From assembly GCA_003135555.1 (NCBI GenBank), contig PLCF01000060.1, positions 1 to 27,999 on the forward strand: 27,999 bases of DNA. The letters are read 5' to 3'. Source of the DNA: Vulcanimicrobiota bacterium. GTDB taxonomy: Bacteria; Vulcanimicrobiota; Vulcanimicrobiia; Vulcanimicrobiales; Vulcanimicrobiaceae. Of this stretch, positions 18,560 through 27,022 are shown one piece after another. A program made the position numbers and the translations under genes. Under the pieces are notes generated by a model, which did no database searches, was not told where the DNA came from, and saw nothing but the letters and a program-made list of their open reading frames with translations. How positions within the stretch are numbered: the stretch's first letter is position 1; every line of letters begins with the position of its first letter.

Positions 18560-20767
18560 ATGAGAGTCCGAGTGCACAGCCTCCTGAGACCGATCCGATT
18601 CGGCGTCCTGTCGGACACCTCGACGCCCGAAGGCGTTCTGCAGGCCATCAAGGTCAACAGTTTCCTCTGGGGCGGCTCGTTCAATCCGGTCGTCCCGGCA
18701 GTCGACTTGGTTCCGACGTTGTGGGCGGATAAGGATGTTGTCGGGCAAGACTGGACCGCTGAATCGTTGCTCGACGGTTTTCTCCACGCATTTGATCCGG
18801 ATGCACTCGTCGTGTTTCCAGAGGCCAAACTGCACGGGCGTGATCTTTCGGCGTGGCAACAGGCGAGTCGGGAAGACATCATGCGCACGCAGCACACGAT
18901 GGCGCAAAGCCGTTATGGTGTCACGCTGTTCGAAGCGGCACGCGCATTCGTGGAACGAGAAGAACGCTACCCCGACCGAGATCCGGTGCATCTCGTTCAA
19001 CCGAAACTACCCAATGAGTGGCGGATGCTCGAGGCGCTGCTCTATGGCATCGAGCCGGACGATTTTGACCATCTGCTGGACCAGGCCGTAGGAACATCCA
19101 TCCGCATCGAACGGCCAGCGACGACACTTGATGCCTGCCTGGAATACCTTGTTCCGAACATGCTTTCGGTTCGCCGGCTTGGCGGCTACGATCTGAATCA
19201 TCGTCGACGTTCGACATCGTTTTATCTCTTCGATGCGCAGGACCATGAGCAAGTCTTGGATTTTCTCGCGTTGCGAGCGCAGAACCACAACCTCATTCCG
19301 ATCACGGTGCAGGCGACCGAATCGGAGCGCTTCGTCAATTCCGTCCGCGCCCTGCATGTTGAAGATCGCGCGCTTTTCTTCATCTCGCTCGGCGTACCCC
19401 ACGCTACGTGGGGCGATCACCTCGCACGGTTGGCGCTGCCGAATCCGTCCGTCCAGCCTCGCAACTTCCTCACGCCGTTTTCGAACGGCAAGCGAGTATG
19501 GGCCCGTATCGGCGTTGAACGATCTGTCTCGTTACCGATTGAGGATGGCGGCGTTACCGTTCAACTCGATCAGCCCTTCGGTGGCAACTTCGACGAGGGC
19601 TTCGGTGGTCTACTCTTCGCCAGCGATGTCGGCTTGTGGTGGTACGACGCGAAGCGTCTTCCGCCCGACGTGATGCCTGCGGGCATCCGCACGGTGTGGT
19701 CGCCGTCGACGTACTATCACCTGATGCATGGTCGCATCTCGTCGGGTGGCATTACGTTTTACAATCACCTTGGCGGCGAGGAGACCTTCCCGCTTCCCGA
19801 TGCGACGGCGATTGTGCGCGATCAATACCGCCTGAAGGGGTGGTCGGCGGTGCCATCCGATGAAGGACTCCGCGCATCGCAGGCGCTCTCGTTCATTGGC
19901 GGCGTCCTAAACGCGTGGTGGGTCATGAACAATGCCTCGTTCGAGGTTCTCACTTCGTCGGACATTGGAAGCGCGGGTGAAATCGGGGCGAAGAACTGGT
20001 ACGTCGCGCTAAAGAGAAAGGGGCTTCAAGAGAGCGAGATCGAGGGCGTGACCCGGTCATTGCTCGACATGGACATCCTGATAGTGGGGCTGCAATTCAA
20101 GTGCACGACTTGCAACAGATCGCCGTGGTACCCGCTGCGCGACTCGGCGACGTCAATGGAGTGCACGTTCTGCCGGGGCACGGTGAAGCCGCCGGCCGAG
20201 TCGGCCAAGGCACTCCAGGAGTCATGGACCTACCGTCTCCAGCGTCCGTTGGACGATCCAAAGCATCGGTCCAACCTCTTCGGTATCTTCGCCGCGGCCG
20301 GATACTTCGTCCATGTCCGAGGCGACGAGGTGACGGTGTCGTTGGGGCTCGACCTTGCGAATGGCGACCTTAAATCCGAGATCGACCTTTCTGTTCTGAT
20401 GGCCGAGCGCGGTGCGGAATTCGGTTCCGATCCGACACAGATTTTCGTGGAGGCGAAAGGCATCGCAGCCAAGTTCACCGAGTCCGACATCGGAAGTTTC
20501 ACGCGGGTCCTCGCCGATCTCCCGAATGCAGCCTTTTTCTTCACCACGCTGCGTTCAGAACTTACCGAACCGGAGAAAACGCTCATCACTGATTTTGCAG
20601 CGCTCGGGGTAGCACAACACGCCGTCGGAGTGCTGACACCGCATGAAATGATGGAGCATCGCAATTTCAATGACCGGTACTTGAACGCCATAAATCATGG
20701 CGCGATCTACGAGGTCTGCGAATTGACGCGGGCGCGATACCTTCAGGTGGCCGCAGCTCCGGCTTAG
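18560..20767 (+). CDS. Large hypothetical protein (735 aa) with Zn ribbon and C-terminal PD-(D/E)xK-like nuclease motif
   Basis: CTTC...CTFC; EIDLSVL...IFVEAKG...F...D; ATG 18560 after GAGAAAGAG. Confidence 0.7.
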   Translation: MRVRVHSLLRPIRFGVLSDTSTPEGVLQAIKVNSFLWGGSFNPVVPAVDLVPTLWADKDVVGQDWTAESLLDGFLHAFDPDALVVFPEAKLHGRDLSAWQQASREDIMRTQHTMAQSRYGVTLFEAARAFVEREERYPDRDPVHLVQPKLPNEWRMLEALLYGIEPDDFDHLLDQAVGTSIRIERPATTLDACLEYLVPNMLSVRRLGGYDLNHRRRSTSFYLFDAQDHEQVLDFLALRAQNHNLIPITVQATESERFVNSVRALHVEDRALFFISLGVPHATWGDHLARLALPNPSVQPRNFLTPFSNGKRVWARIGVERSVSLPIEDGGVTVQLDQPFGGNFDEGFGGLLFASDVGLWWYDAKRLPPDVMPAGIRTVWSPSTYYHLMHGRISSGGITFYNHLGGEETFPLPDATAIVRDQYRLKGWSAVPSDEGLRASQALSFIGGVLNAWWVMNNASFEVLTSSDIGSAGEIGAKNWYVALKRKGLQESEIEGVTRSLLDMDILIVGLQFKCTTCNRSPWYPLRDSATSMECTFCRGTVKPPAESAKALQESWTYRLQRPLDDPKHRSNLFGIFAAAGYFVHVRGDEVTVSLGLDLANGDLKSEIDLSVLMAERGAEFGSDPTQIFVEAKGIAAKFTESDIGSFTRVLADLPNAAFFFTTLRSELTEPEKTLITDFAALGVAQHAVGVLTPHEMMEHRNFNDRYLNAINHGAIYEVCELTRARYLQVAAAPA

Positions 20768-20771
20768 GCAG

Positions 20772-21650
20772 TCAGGTCCCCGGTTTGACGATCATCTCAC
20801 CGTCTTCCAGCGTGCCGAACAGCAGGCGGTCGAACTGACCGATGGTCGCCGGCAGACGGCCGCGGATTCCATCCATCGAAAGCGACGGGACCTGCATCGG
20901 GTCGGTCAAGATCAACGCGAGCCAGATTGGCCGACCCTGGGTGTACGTCTTGGTCATCTTGTCGCGCAGCCGTTCGTCGAAATCGTCCGCCGATTCGTCC
21001 GGGTCGAACGTGTGCGCGTCAATGTTCATCGACATCGCCGTTGCCGTGCCTTGACCGATGTAGTATTTCGCGCCGATTTTGCCGAGGATCGGCGCGATGG
21101 CCGGGTCCGGCTTCAGGAACTTCTTGCGCTGCATTGTCGCGAAATCAGTGGCGTAGAAGACAGCGATGATCTCGTCCGGGACGGCGCGCGTCTCGCGGCT
21201 GGTGGGAATGCTCGGAAAGCGATATTCCACGAATCGTCCGCTCAGCGCAGCGGCGTAGCCTGCATCGGAATTATACCGCTCGGTCAGCGCGCCGTTGATC
21301 GACTTCACCGCACTCGCCGCTCGAGCCGCGCCGCTCGCCGTGACCTGGGCGACCTCGACGTAGATCTCACGGCCACCGGTCAGCGTAACCGCGAGATCGG
21401 GTTCAGGCGGGACGCGGTTCTCGATGTTGACGATTTCCGAGTCGATGCCGTTCGCGACCGCGAGAAGCGCAAAGGATAGCGCCTCGACAAACTCCTTGCC
21501 GTCGTAGTCGGGAACGTGATCGCCAAACGGTTGCCCCCGGTAGGATATCCGCATGAGCCGGCGGCGGCGGTCATCGTCGTCCGAAATGCTGCCAGCGTTC
21601 AAGTTGTCCAAGACGCCGTATTGTTCACGCAGTGTCCTCGGTTTCTGCAT
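20772..21650 (-). CDS. Hypothetical protein, possible PD-(D/E)xK-fold nuclease
   Basis: PPEPDLAV...IYVEVAQV motif with later DKMTKTY...WLALI. The start may be downstream (ATG 21554) because TATAAT overlaps the 21650 ATG. Confidence 0.55.
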   Translation of the reverse strand: MQKPRTLREQYGVLDNLNAGSISDDDDRRRRLMRISYRGQPFGDHVPDYDGKEFVEALSFALLAVANGIDSEIVNIENRVPPEPDLAVTLTGGREIYVEVAQVTASGAARAASAVKSINGALTERYNSDAGYAAALSGRFVEYRFPSIPTSRETRAVPDEIIAVFYATDFATMQRKKFLKPDPAIAPILGKIGAKYYIGQGTATAMSMNIDAHTFDPDESADDFDERLRDKMTKTYTQGRPIWLALILTDPMQVPSLSMDGIRGRLPATIGQFDRLLFGTLEDGEMIVKPGT

Positions 21651-21699
21651 TATACTTGCCCTCGTGTCGTCTGGAATTCCCTAGACGGTTGCAGTTCAT

Positions 21700-22515
21700 C
21701 TAAAGGCTCTTAAAGATATCCGTGACCTCGACAACGCGTGCGCACATCGCCTCAAGGTCTGCAAGATCGATCCCAGTGTCGCCGACGCTCTTGCCGATGG
21801 CGGGCGTTATGAAATGAACGCTCACGGTAAAGTCCGCTTCGCAGACGATATCTGTGGGAACTGGTGTAGCGAAACGGACCCTTGCGAAGTGAAACTCTTT
21901 ATCGGGTTCCCAAGAGTCGAATTTTGCAACGCGCTCAATGTCGCTGATGGTACGACCACTATGCGTGATTTCTACCTTTCCCCCGACAAACAGGGGAGCG
22001 TAACTTGCAATGATTCGGTGCTTGTCGGCGTTTGAGAATTCATGCACCAAGGAGAGGTTGACGAGTCGCGGGTTTACCTTTTCGTGAAACGGTTGCAGAT
22101 CCCAAATCTCTTGAAGGCCGTGGACAATGTCTTTCAAATACCCCTTAAGATTCACGACCGTCGAGGCTCCGACGGCGTGGACGTATGCGGACTCATCGGT
22201 GAAAATCGGGAATTGATGGCTCTTGCTAACCTCCGTACCGCTGGCGTAAGCCAGGGCAGTGATGATGTAATCAAGCGCGGATCGGAGATTGTGCACGAGG
22301 TCGCCGACGATGATCCCGAGGTTTAGTTCTTTCGTGAAATCTTCGTTCATCAAGTAGAGCGAACACCAGCCGGTTTGCAGATCGACTGTCTGCCGAATGC
22401 TGAATGTATGTCGCTCGGAGAGAACCCGCGAAATCTCTTCCTTGAGGGACTCGAGGTGTACGCGCGCTCTTGCGACCTTTGCGTATGAGGGCGAAAGGTC
22501 GAGGCCCAGCGGCAC
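21700..22515 (-). CDS. Hypothetical protein, possibly HEPN-like helical family
   Basis: AKVARARVHL...GDLVHNLRSALDY...FPI...SNADKHR pattern; A/T-richer codon usage. Confidence 0.6.
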   Translation of the reverse strand: MPLGLDLSPSYAKVARARVHLESLKEEISRVLSERHTFSIRQTVDLQTGWCSLYLMNEDFTKELNLGIIVGDLVHNLRSALDYIITALAYASGTEVSKSHQFPIFTDESAYVHAVGASTVVNLKGYLKDIVHGLQEIWDLQPFHEKVNPRLVNLSLVHEFSNADKHRIIASYAPLFVGGKVEITHSGRTISDIERVAKFDSWEPDKEFHFARVRFATPVPTDIVCEADFTVSVHFITPAIGKSVGDTGIDLADLEAMCARVVEVTDIFKSL

Positions 22516-22800
22516 GATTACTTAAAACCAATGTCCATTTGGGCCCAGAACTACCGTCCGGTGAGATTCGTTTTCAGGAAGCCGCCTTTGCTTCGACGAG
22601 TGGGTCCATCTTATCGGCCACGGCGAGAGCCCACGTCTTCCACTCCTCGTTCGGTTCGAGCGCGCCGGCGGCCGCGGCGACGTAAACGCGCAACCCCACG
22701 GCCTTGCGCCACCGGAAATGTTCGGTTCGGCCGCCGCCGCAATCATTTGGGTTAGTGAACCGGGGGCCGGCCGTCGCTGAGCATGTTAGAATGGACGGTC

Positions 22801-22920
22801 ATGCAGACCATCGGCCCGTGCGGCTCTGCGGCATCGAGCGGCCGCTCGAAGAAAGCCATCTCACCCCGAAGTTCCTCAAGCGCCGCCTGGTCCGGGATTC
22901 CGGCACGGGCAGCCGCTGCC
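22801..22920 (+). pseudogene. Frameshifted fragment of a C-x2-C...SH-x2-P (HNH-like) protein
   Basis: MQTIGPC in one frame continues as RLCGIERPLEESHLTPKFL in another; adding one base restores CRLC...SHLTPKF. No long downstream ORF. Confidence 0.4.
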
Positions 22921-23078
22921 GGCGGAGTGGTACCGAGTCAAAGGCGTCGACCTCGACGACCTCGCGTTCGCGAATGAAATCATTGACGAAGATGCGGAGA
23001 CGCCGGCCCTGCCTGCGGACACGCCGACATCGCACAACGACGCCGACGGTTGGGATGAGACGGCCCAATAACGAAAAT

Positions 23079-23135
23079 GCTCCATCCCACTGACTGCGCG
23101 CCGATGGGCGATCTCGCTAGTCGTTGGGATGGAGC
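23079..23135 (-). terminator. Hairpin downstream of ssrA, probable terminator
   Basis: gctccatccca/tgggatggagc stem; followed by ATTTTCGTT on the minus strand. Confidence 0.6.
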
Positions 23136-23142
23136 AAACACT

Positions 23143-23502
23143 TGGTGGAGCTGCCGGGGAGCCGCCCCCCGGGTCCGAAAAGCCGGACCGCCGCTTTCTC
23201 CAGGCTCAGCACCGATTTTGTCTTGAGCGCGTCAGCTTCTCGGTACAGGAATCAGACGCGCCGCAGTTCCGGTTGAGTTTCGGACGCCTCTCGGAACGGT
23301 CTCCGCGTCCTAGCCGAACTTGTTGACCGCCTGGAGGACGGCATCGGCGACCTCCCCCGGACGGTGACTGTTAACCTAGAAGGTTAGGCAGCCAGAGCGT
23401 ATTCGTTGTTCGCGTGTAAAACGCTGTGATCGTTTTAGGAGGGCTCACAACTCCGCCTGCTTACGTCGGCCACGGATCTCCCCGTCGAGACTACTCAGCC
23501 CC
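23143..23502 (-). ncRNA. ssrA: tmRNA (one-piece), tag peptide ANNEYALAA* encoded at 23413-23384
   Basis: 5' GGGGCTGAGTAGTCTCGAC; 3' CAGCTCCACCA, giving an acceptor stem with G3:U; internal GCG AAC AAC GAA TAC GCT CTG GCT GCC TAA; 360 nt. Confidence 0.96.
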
Positions 23503-23530
23503 TCGAGCGAGTCCGAAGCGGACTGCACCC

Positions 23531-23539
23531 ACTATAACA
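23531..23539 (-). promoter_or_regulatory. Extended -10 promoter of ssrA (TGtTATAGT)
   Basis: TG-n-TATAGT about 28 nt upstream of the mature tmRNA 5' end. Confidence 0.6.
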
Positions 23540-23612
23540 CGGGGTCCAACGGCTCGGTTGCCACGCCGCGGGTTCATCGTTTCCTCAGGTTTGGTGGGAA
23601 ACGCCGAAGACT

Positions 23613-24083
23613 ATGGTAGCAGCCGCCGGGCGCCAGGCAAGGCGCGAGCACGGGACCGTTCGGATCGCGATCGCGGGCGCCGCCGCGCTCGCGCTGATCG
23701 CGGTGATCTTCGTCACGGTCGACCTCTTGACGAACCTCCACATGATGAATCAGACGCTGGGCGCGGTTGCGGCGCGCATGACCGCGCTCGATCCGATGAG
23801 CCGCAAGCTCGATCGCCTGGCGGGGATGCAGGCGCAGCTCACCACGCTGGACCGCCATCTGCGCGACATGAACGCCACGATGCAGAGCATGGACGGCAAG
23901 CTGAGCGCGACGAATGCTCGGCTCGCTTCCACGCAGCAGCACCTCGGGAGCATGGATGCCAAACTCGCGCTCATGACCACCGAGATGAAGACGCTCGATC
24001 GCGACCTCGCCTCGATGCGCGGCGACATTCACACCATGGCGCACAAGATCTCGGGCTCGTTCCTGTTCCGCGCGGTCAAGTAG
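23613..24083 (+). CDS. Membrane-anchored coiled-coil protein
   Basis: One TM helix followed by a Met/Leu heptad pattern (MNQTLGAVAARMTALDPMSRKLDRL...). Confidence 0.7.
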   Translation: MVAAAGRQARREHGTVRIAIAGAAALALIAVIFVTVDLLTNLHMMNQTLGAVAARMTALDPMSRKLDRLAGMQAQLTTLDRHLRDMNATMQSMDGKLSATNARLASTQQHLGSMDAKLALMTTEMKTLDRDLASMRGDIHTMAHKISGSFLFRAVK

Positions 24084-25143
24084 CCGCGGCGCGGGCAGCC
24101 TCGGCGACCGAGGTGAAGCCGTCGCGCCGCAGCAACGCCGCCAGCTCACGCTTGATGCGCGTCACCAGCGCCGTACCCTCATAGATCAGCCCGGTGTAGA
24201 GCTGCACGACGCTTGCGCCGGCCCGGATCTTCGCGTACGCCTCGGCGCCGCCGGCGACCCCGCCGACGCCGATGAGCAGCACCGCGCCCGCGGTCAGGTC
24301 GCGCACGCGCGCCAACAGCGCGGTCGACGGTGTCGCCAGCGGCGTTCCCGAGAGTCCGCCGGCTTCGCGCGCGTGCGCGCTGCGCAGCCCGGCGGGGCGC
24401 TCGCGCGTGGTGTTGGCGACGATGATCCCGTCGATGCGCGCCGCAAGCAACGTCGCGATCAAGCGTTGCACCAACTCGTCGGCCACGTCGGGCGAGAGCT
24501 TGGCCACCAGGGCGGGACGTTGCGGACCCCAGTCGATCGCGCCCAAGCGCGCGAGCAGATCGGCTAGCCGCGCCGGGTCGAGGAAGACTTGACCGTTGGC
24601 GGTGTTGGGACACGATACGTCGAGGGTGAGGTAGTCGGCATAGGGCGCGAAGCGGCGCGCGAGGTGTACGAAATCGTCCGCCGGGTCGGCGCTGTCGGCA
24701 TTCGAGGCGAGGTTGATCCCGAAACCGATCGTGGGCCGCCCCTTGCGGGTCAGCCGCGCCTCCATCGCCGCCGCGCCGGCGTTGGGAAACCCTAAGCGGT
24801 TGATGACAGCGCCGTCTTCGGGCAGGCGAAAGACGCGCGGGCGCGGGTTGCCGGTCTGGGCGCGCGGCGTCACGCCGCCGACTTCGACGAAGCCGAACCC
24901 CTGCGCGCCCATCCGCTCGTAGACGCGCGCATCCTTGTCGAAACCGGCTGCCAAACCGATCGGATTGGTCAACGGACGCCCGAACAACGTGGTCGCGAGG
25001 ATGGGATCGTCCTCACGCGGCTGCCACGGAACGAGGTTCGCCTCGAGCGCGCACAAGGTCAGCTCGTGCGCGCCCTCGGGATCGAGCGCGTGCAGAAAGG
25101 GCTTGGCCAACCAGAACGGGTCGAACACTACCTCACCGAACAC
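24076..25143 (-). CDS. pyrD: Quinone-dependent dihydroorotate dehydrogenase (class 2)
   Basis: LDPEGAH, NPIGLAAGFDKD, GNPRPRVFRL, INRLGF, VSCPNT, KLSPD, NTT, GGLSG and VQLYTGLIYEG motifs. The start could be 25128. Confidence 0.95.
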   Translation of the reverse strand: MFGEVVFDPFWLAKPFLHALDPEGAHELTLCALEANLVPWQPREDDPILATTLFGRPLTNPIGLAAGFDKDARVYERMGAQGFGFVEVGGVTPRAQTGNPRPRVFRLPEDGAVINRLGFPNAGAAAMEARLTRKGRPTIGFGINLASNADSADPADDFVHLARRFAPYADYLTLDVSCPNTANGQVFLDPARLADLLARLGAIDWGPQRPALVAKLSPDVADELVQRLIATLLAARIDGIIVANTTRERPAGLRSAHAREAGGLSGTPLATPSTALLARVRDLTAGAVLLIGVGGVAGGAEAYAKIRAGASVVQLYTGLIYEGTALVTRIKRELAALLRRDGFTSVAEAARAAAT

Positions 25144-26300
25144 CGAGCGCCGCGAAATGGCTCCGCGTGTCGGTGACCGGCCCGCCGACGCGCATCCCGA
25201 TCGCGCTGGGCTGCCCGCCCAAGACGAAGCACGTCGTCAATTCCAGCCCGTCGAACACCGCGCCGTCCGCGCGCCGCACGCGGCGCCGCGGCGCGCGCGC
25301 GTAGCGCTGGAACACCATCGGCTGCGAGTCGTACGCCGGTGCGCCCAGCTCGCCGTGCGCGATCTCTGTGCCCGCGGGATCGAGGATCGCGACGCCGAGC
25401 CCCTCACGCCCGAGCACCGGCTTGCGCACGTAGGTATGACCGTCGTCGGGACGATCGAGGTAAGTGGGCAGGAATAGCCGCGCGATCGCATCGCGTTCGC
25501 GCGCGTCGAACAGCTCGCCGCGCTCGTAGAGGCCCCAGATGAGCGCCTGCGTCGCTTTCGACTGCAACAGCAGCGCCGACGGCGGATTGAGCAGCCGGCA
25601 CGCGCCATCCGCGACGGCGGTGAAGAGCGCCGGACCGTCCGGATCGGCGGCCAGATGCTCGAGCGGATAGCAGCGATACAGCACGTCGAGCGGTCCGTGC
25701 GCGTCGAGCACCGCGCCGCCGGCGACCGCGAGCTCGTGGATCGGAACGAAGACCACCTCGGCGTCGACGCGGGCCGCGATCAGATCGCGCAGCGCGTACG
25801 CCGTTCCCACGTCCTCGCGGTAGACGTTGGTGGCGACGACGCCGATGCGCGCTTCGGCGGCGAGCGGCGCAAGCGCCGTGACGAACGCGTCGCCGAGCCG
25901 CTCGTACTCGCCCGCGTTGGGGTCGCGCAGTCCGGCGCGACGTGCCCGCCGGCCGCTCTCGACGAACGACTCCACCAGGAAGAAAGGCGTCTCGGCGTTG
26001 AGCTCCAGGACCCGGTAGCGTTCACCTTCGCGCACGAAATCGAACCGCGCGACGAGCGTCTCACCGGCCCGTTCGTCGCGCAGGCGCACGACCTCGAAGG
26101 CCGCGGCCGGAATCCCCAGCGCCTGCAAGCCGGCGTCGGGCAACGCGCGCAGCAGCGGAGCGACCCGCGCGTACACCGACCACGCGTCGCGCGCCGCGGC
26201 GCGGATCGCATCGACCTCCGCCGCGTCGAGAACGACGACGTCGGGGAGCGCGTAGGGATGCCCTTCGTAGCTCTCCCAGAACGCGACGGGGTCAGCCGCC
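25133..26300 (-). CDS. Glutathionylspermidine synthase-family ATP-grasp protein; start not resolved
   Basis: ARFDFV...LELNAETP, LYRCYPLE, LLQSKA, YVRKPVLGREG and IGMRVGGPVT motifs. Family-like sequence begins near 26290; the track start (26539) overlaps the lipoprotein gene. Confidence 0.85.
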
Positions 26301-26597
26301 GGCGCCGTGCGCTCCCGCCTTGCCGAAGCCGCCGCCGCTACCCTTGGCGTTTCCGTTCTTCCCGCCCTTGGCGCGGTTGCGGGCCGCCGCGGCGGCAGCG
26401 GCTCCGGCCCCGATCGCGCCGGAGTGCCAGAAATGAATCGACGAGTGGTGCGACGAGCTGTGCGAAGACGAGTTGCCCGTCGAGGTGCGCGGGGTCGGCG
26501 TGGCTTCCGGACGTTCCGCCAACAGCGGCGCGCCGGCACAACCGTCGAGCGCGAGCACCGCCAGCGCGATGCTCAGCAGCCGCTGCGTCTTCTCCAC
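26292..26597 (-). CDS. Small lipoprotein with Ser/His- and Gly-rich tail
   Basis: Signal peptide with LDGC lipobox; tail SSSHSSSHHSS...GSGGGFGKAGAHGAGG. Confidence 0.7.
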   Translation of the reverse strand: MEKTQRLLSIALAVLALDGCAGAPLLAERPEATPTPRTSTGNSSSHSSSHHSSIHFWHSGAIGAGAAAAAAARNRAKGGKNGNAKGSGGGFGKAGAHGAGG

Positions 26598-26598
26598 G

Positions 26599-26952
26599 TC
26601 AGGCGGGTTTCTCCATTCCGCGGGTAAGCAACGACAGGGCCCACGAGATGATGCCCATGACGATCGCGCCCCAGAACGCCGGCCAGAACCCGTCGACGAT
26701 GAGGCCGACGTGGAACGCCCCGACCAACCAGAACAGCAGCCCGTTGATCACGAACGTGAACAACCCCAGCGTCACGATCTCGAGCGGCAAGCTGATGATG
26801 ATGAGGATCGGCCGCAAGATCGCGTTGACGACGCCGAGGATCAGCGCGGCGATGAGGGCGCCGGCGATCCCCGAGACGTGGATCCCCGGAACGATGTATG
26901 CGACCGCGATCAGCGCGACCGCGTTCACGACGACCCGGATCAAAAATCCCAT
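26599..26952 (-). CDS. YvlD/DUF360 (phage holin family 4-like) 4-TM membrane protein
   Basis: ALIAALILGVVNAILRPIL..ISLPL..VTLGLFTFVING...GFWPAFWGAIV. Confidence 0.88.
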   Translation of the reverse strand: MGFLIRVVVNAVALIAVAYIVPGIHVSGIAGALIAALILGVVNAILRPILIIISLPLEIVTLGLFTFVINGLLFWLVGAFHVGLIVDGFWPAFWGAIVMGIISWALSLLTRGMEKPA

Positions 26953-27022
26953 GGCGGCCCCTTCAACGTCGAAGAAGGACCTCCGGCCGGTCATCGCCGA
27001 TGTTGGGCACCTGGAGGAACGC

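Larger units (their letters stand above)
11394..23145. mobile_element. Genomic (defence) island inserted at the 3' end of ssrA; no recognisable integrase
   Basis: 11-bp direct repeat caaacacttgg at 11394-11404 and 23135-23145, the latter overlapping the tmRNA CCA. Inverted repeats at 11406-11427 and 23114-23135 (20/22 match). Defence gene cargo; visibly more A/T-rich than the flanks (not computed). Confidence 0.7.

Noticed and set aside
23129..23600. Track ORFs overlapping ssrA (23129-23326 and the 5' part of 23426-24184)
   Set aside because: The region is explained by the tmRNA gene and its promoter.
26599..26952. Prophage signal from the holin-family gene
   Set aside because: YvlD/DUF360 proteins are common chromosomal membrane proteins, and no phage structural genes are present.
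25655..27022. 760-aa fusion upstream of the alpha/beta hydrolase
   Set aside because: The N-terminal part is antisense to three real genes; the RBS and signal peptide place the start at 27023.
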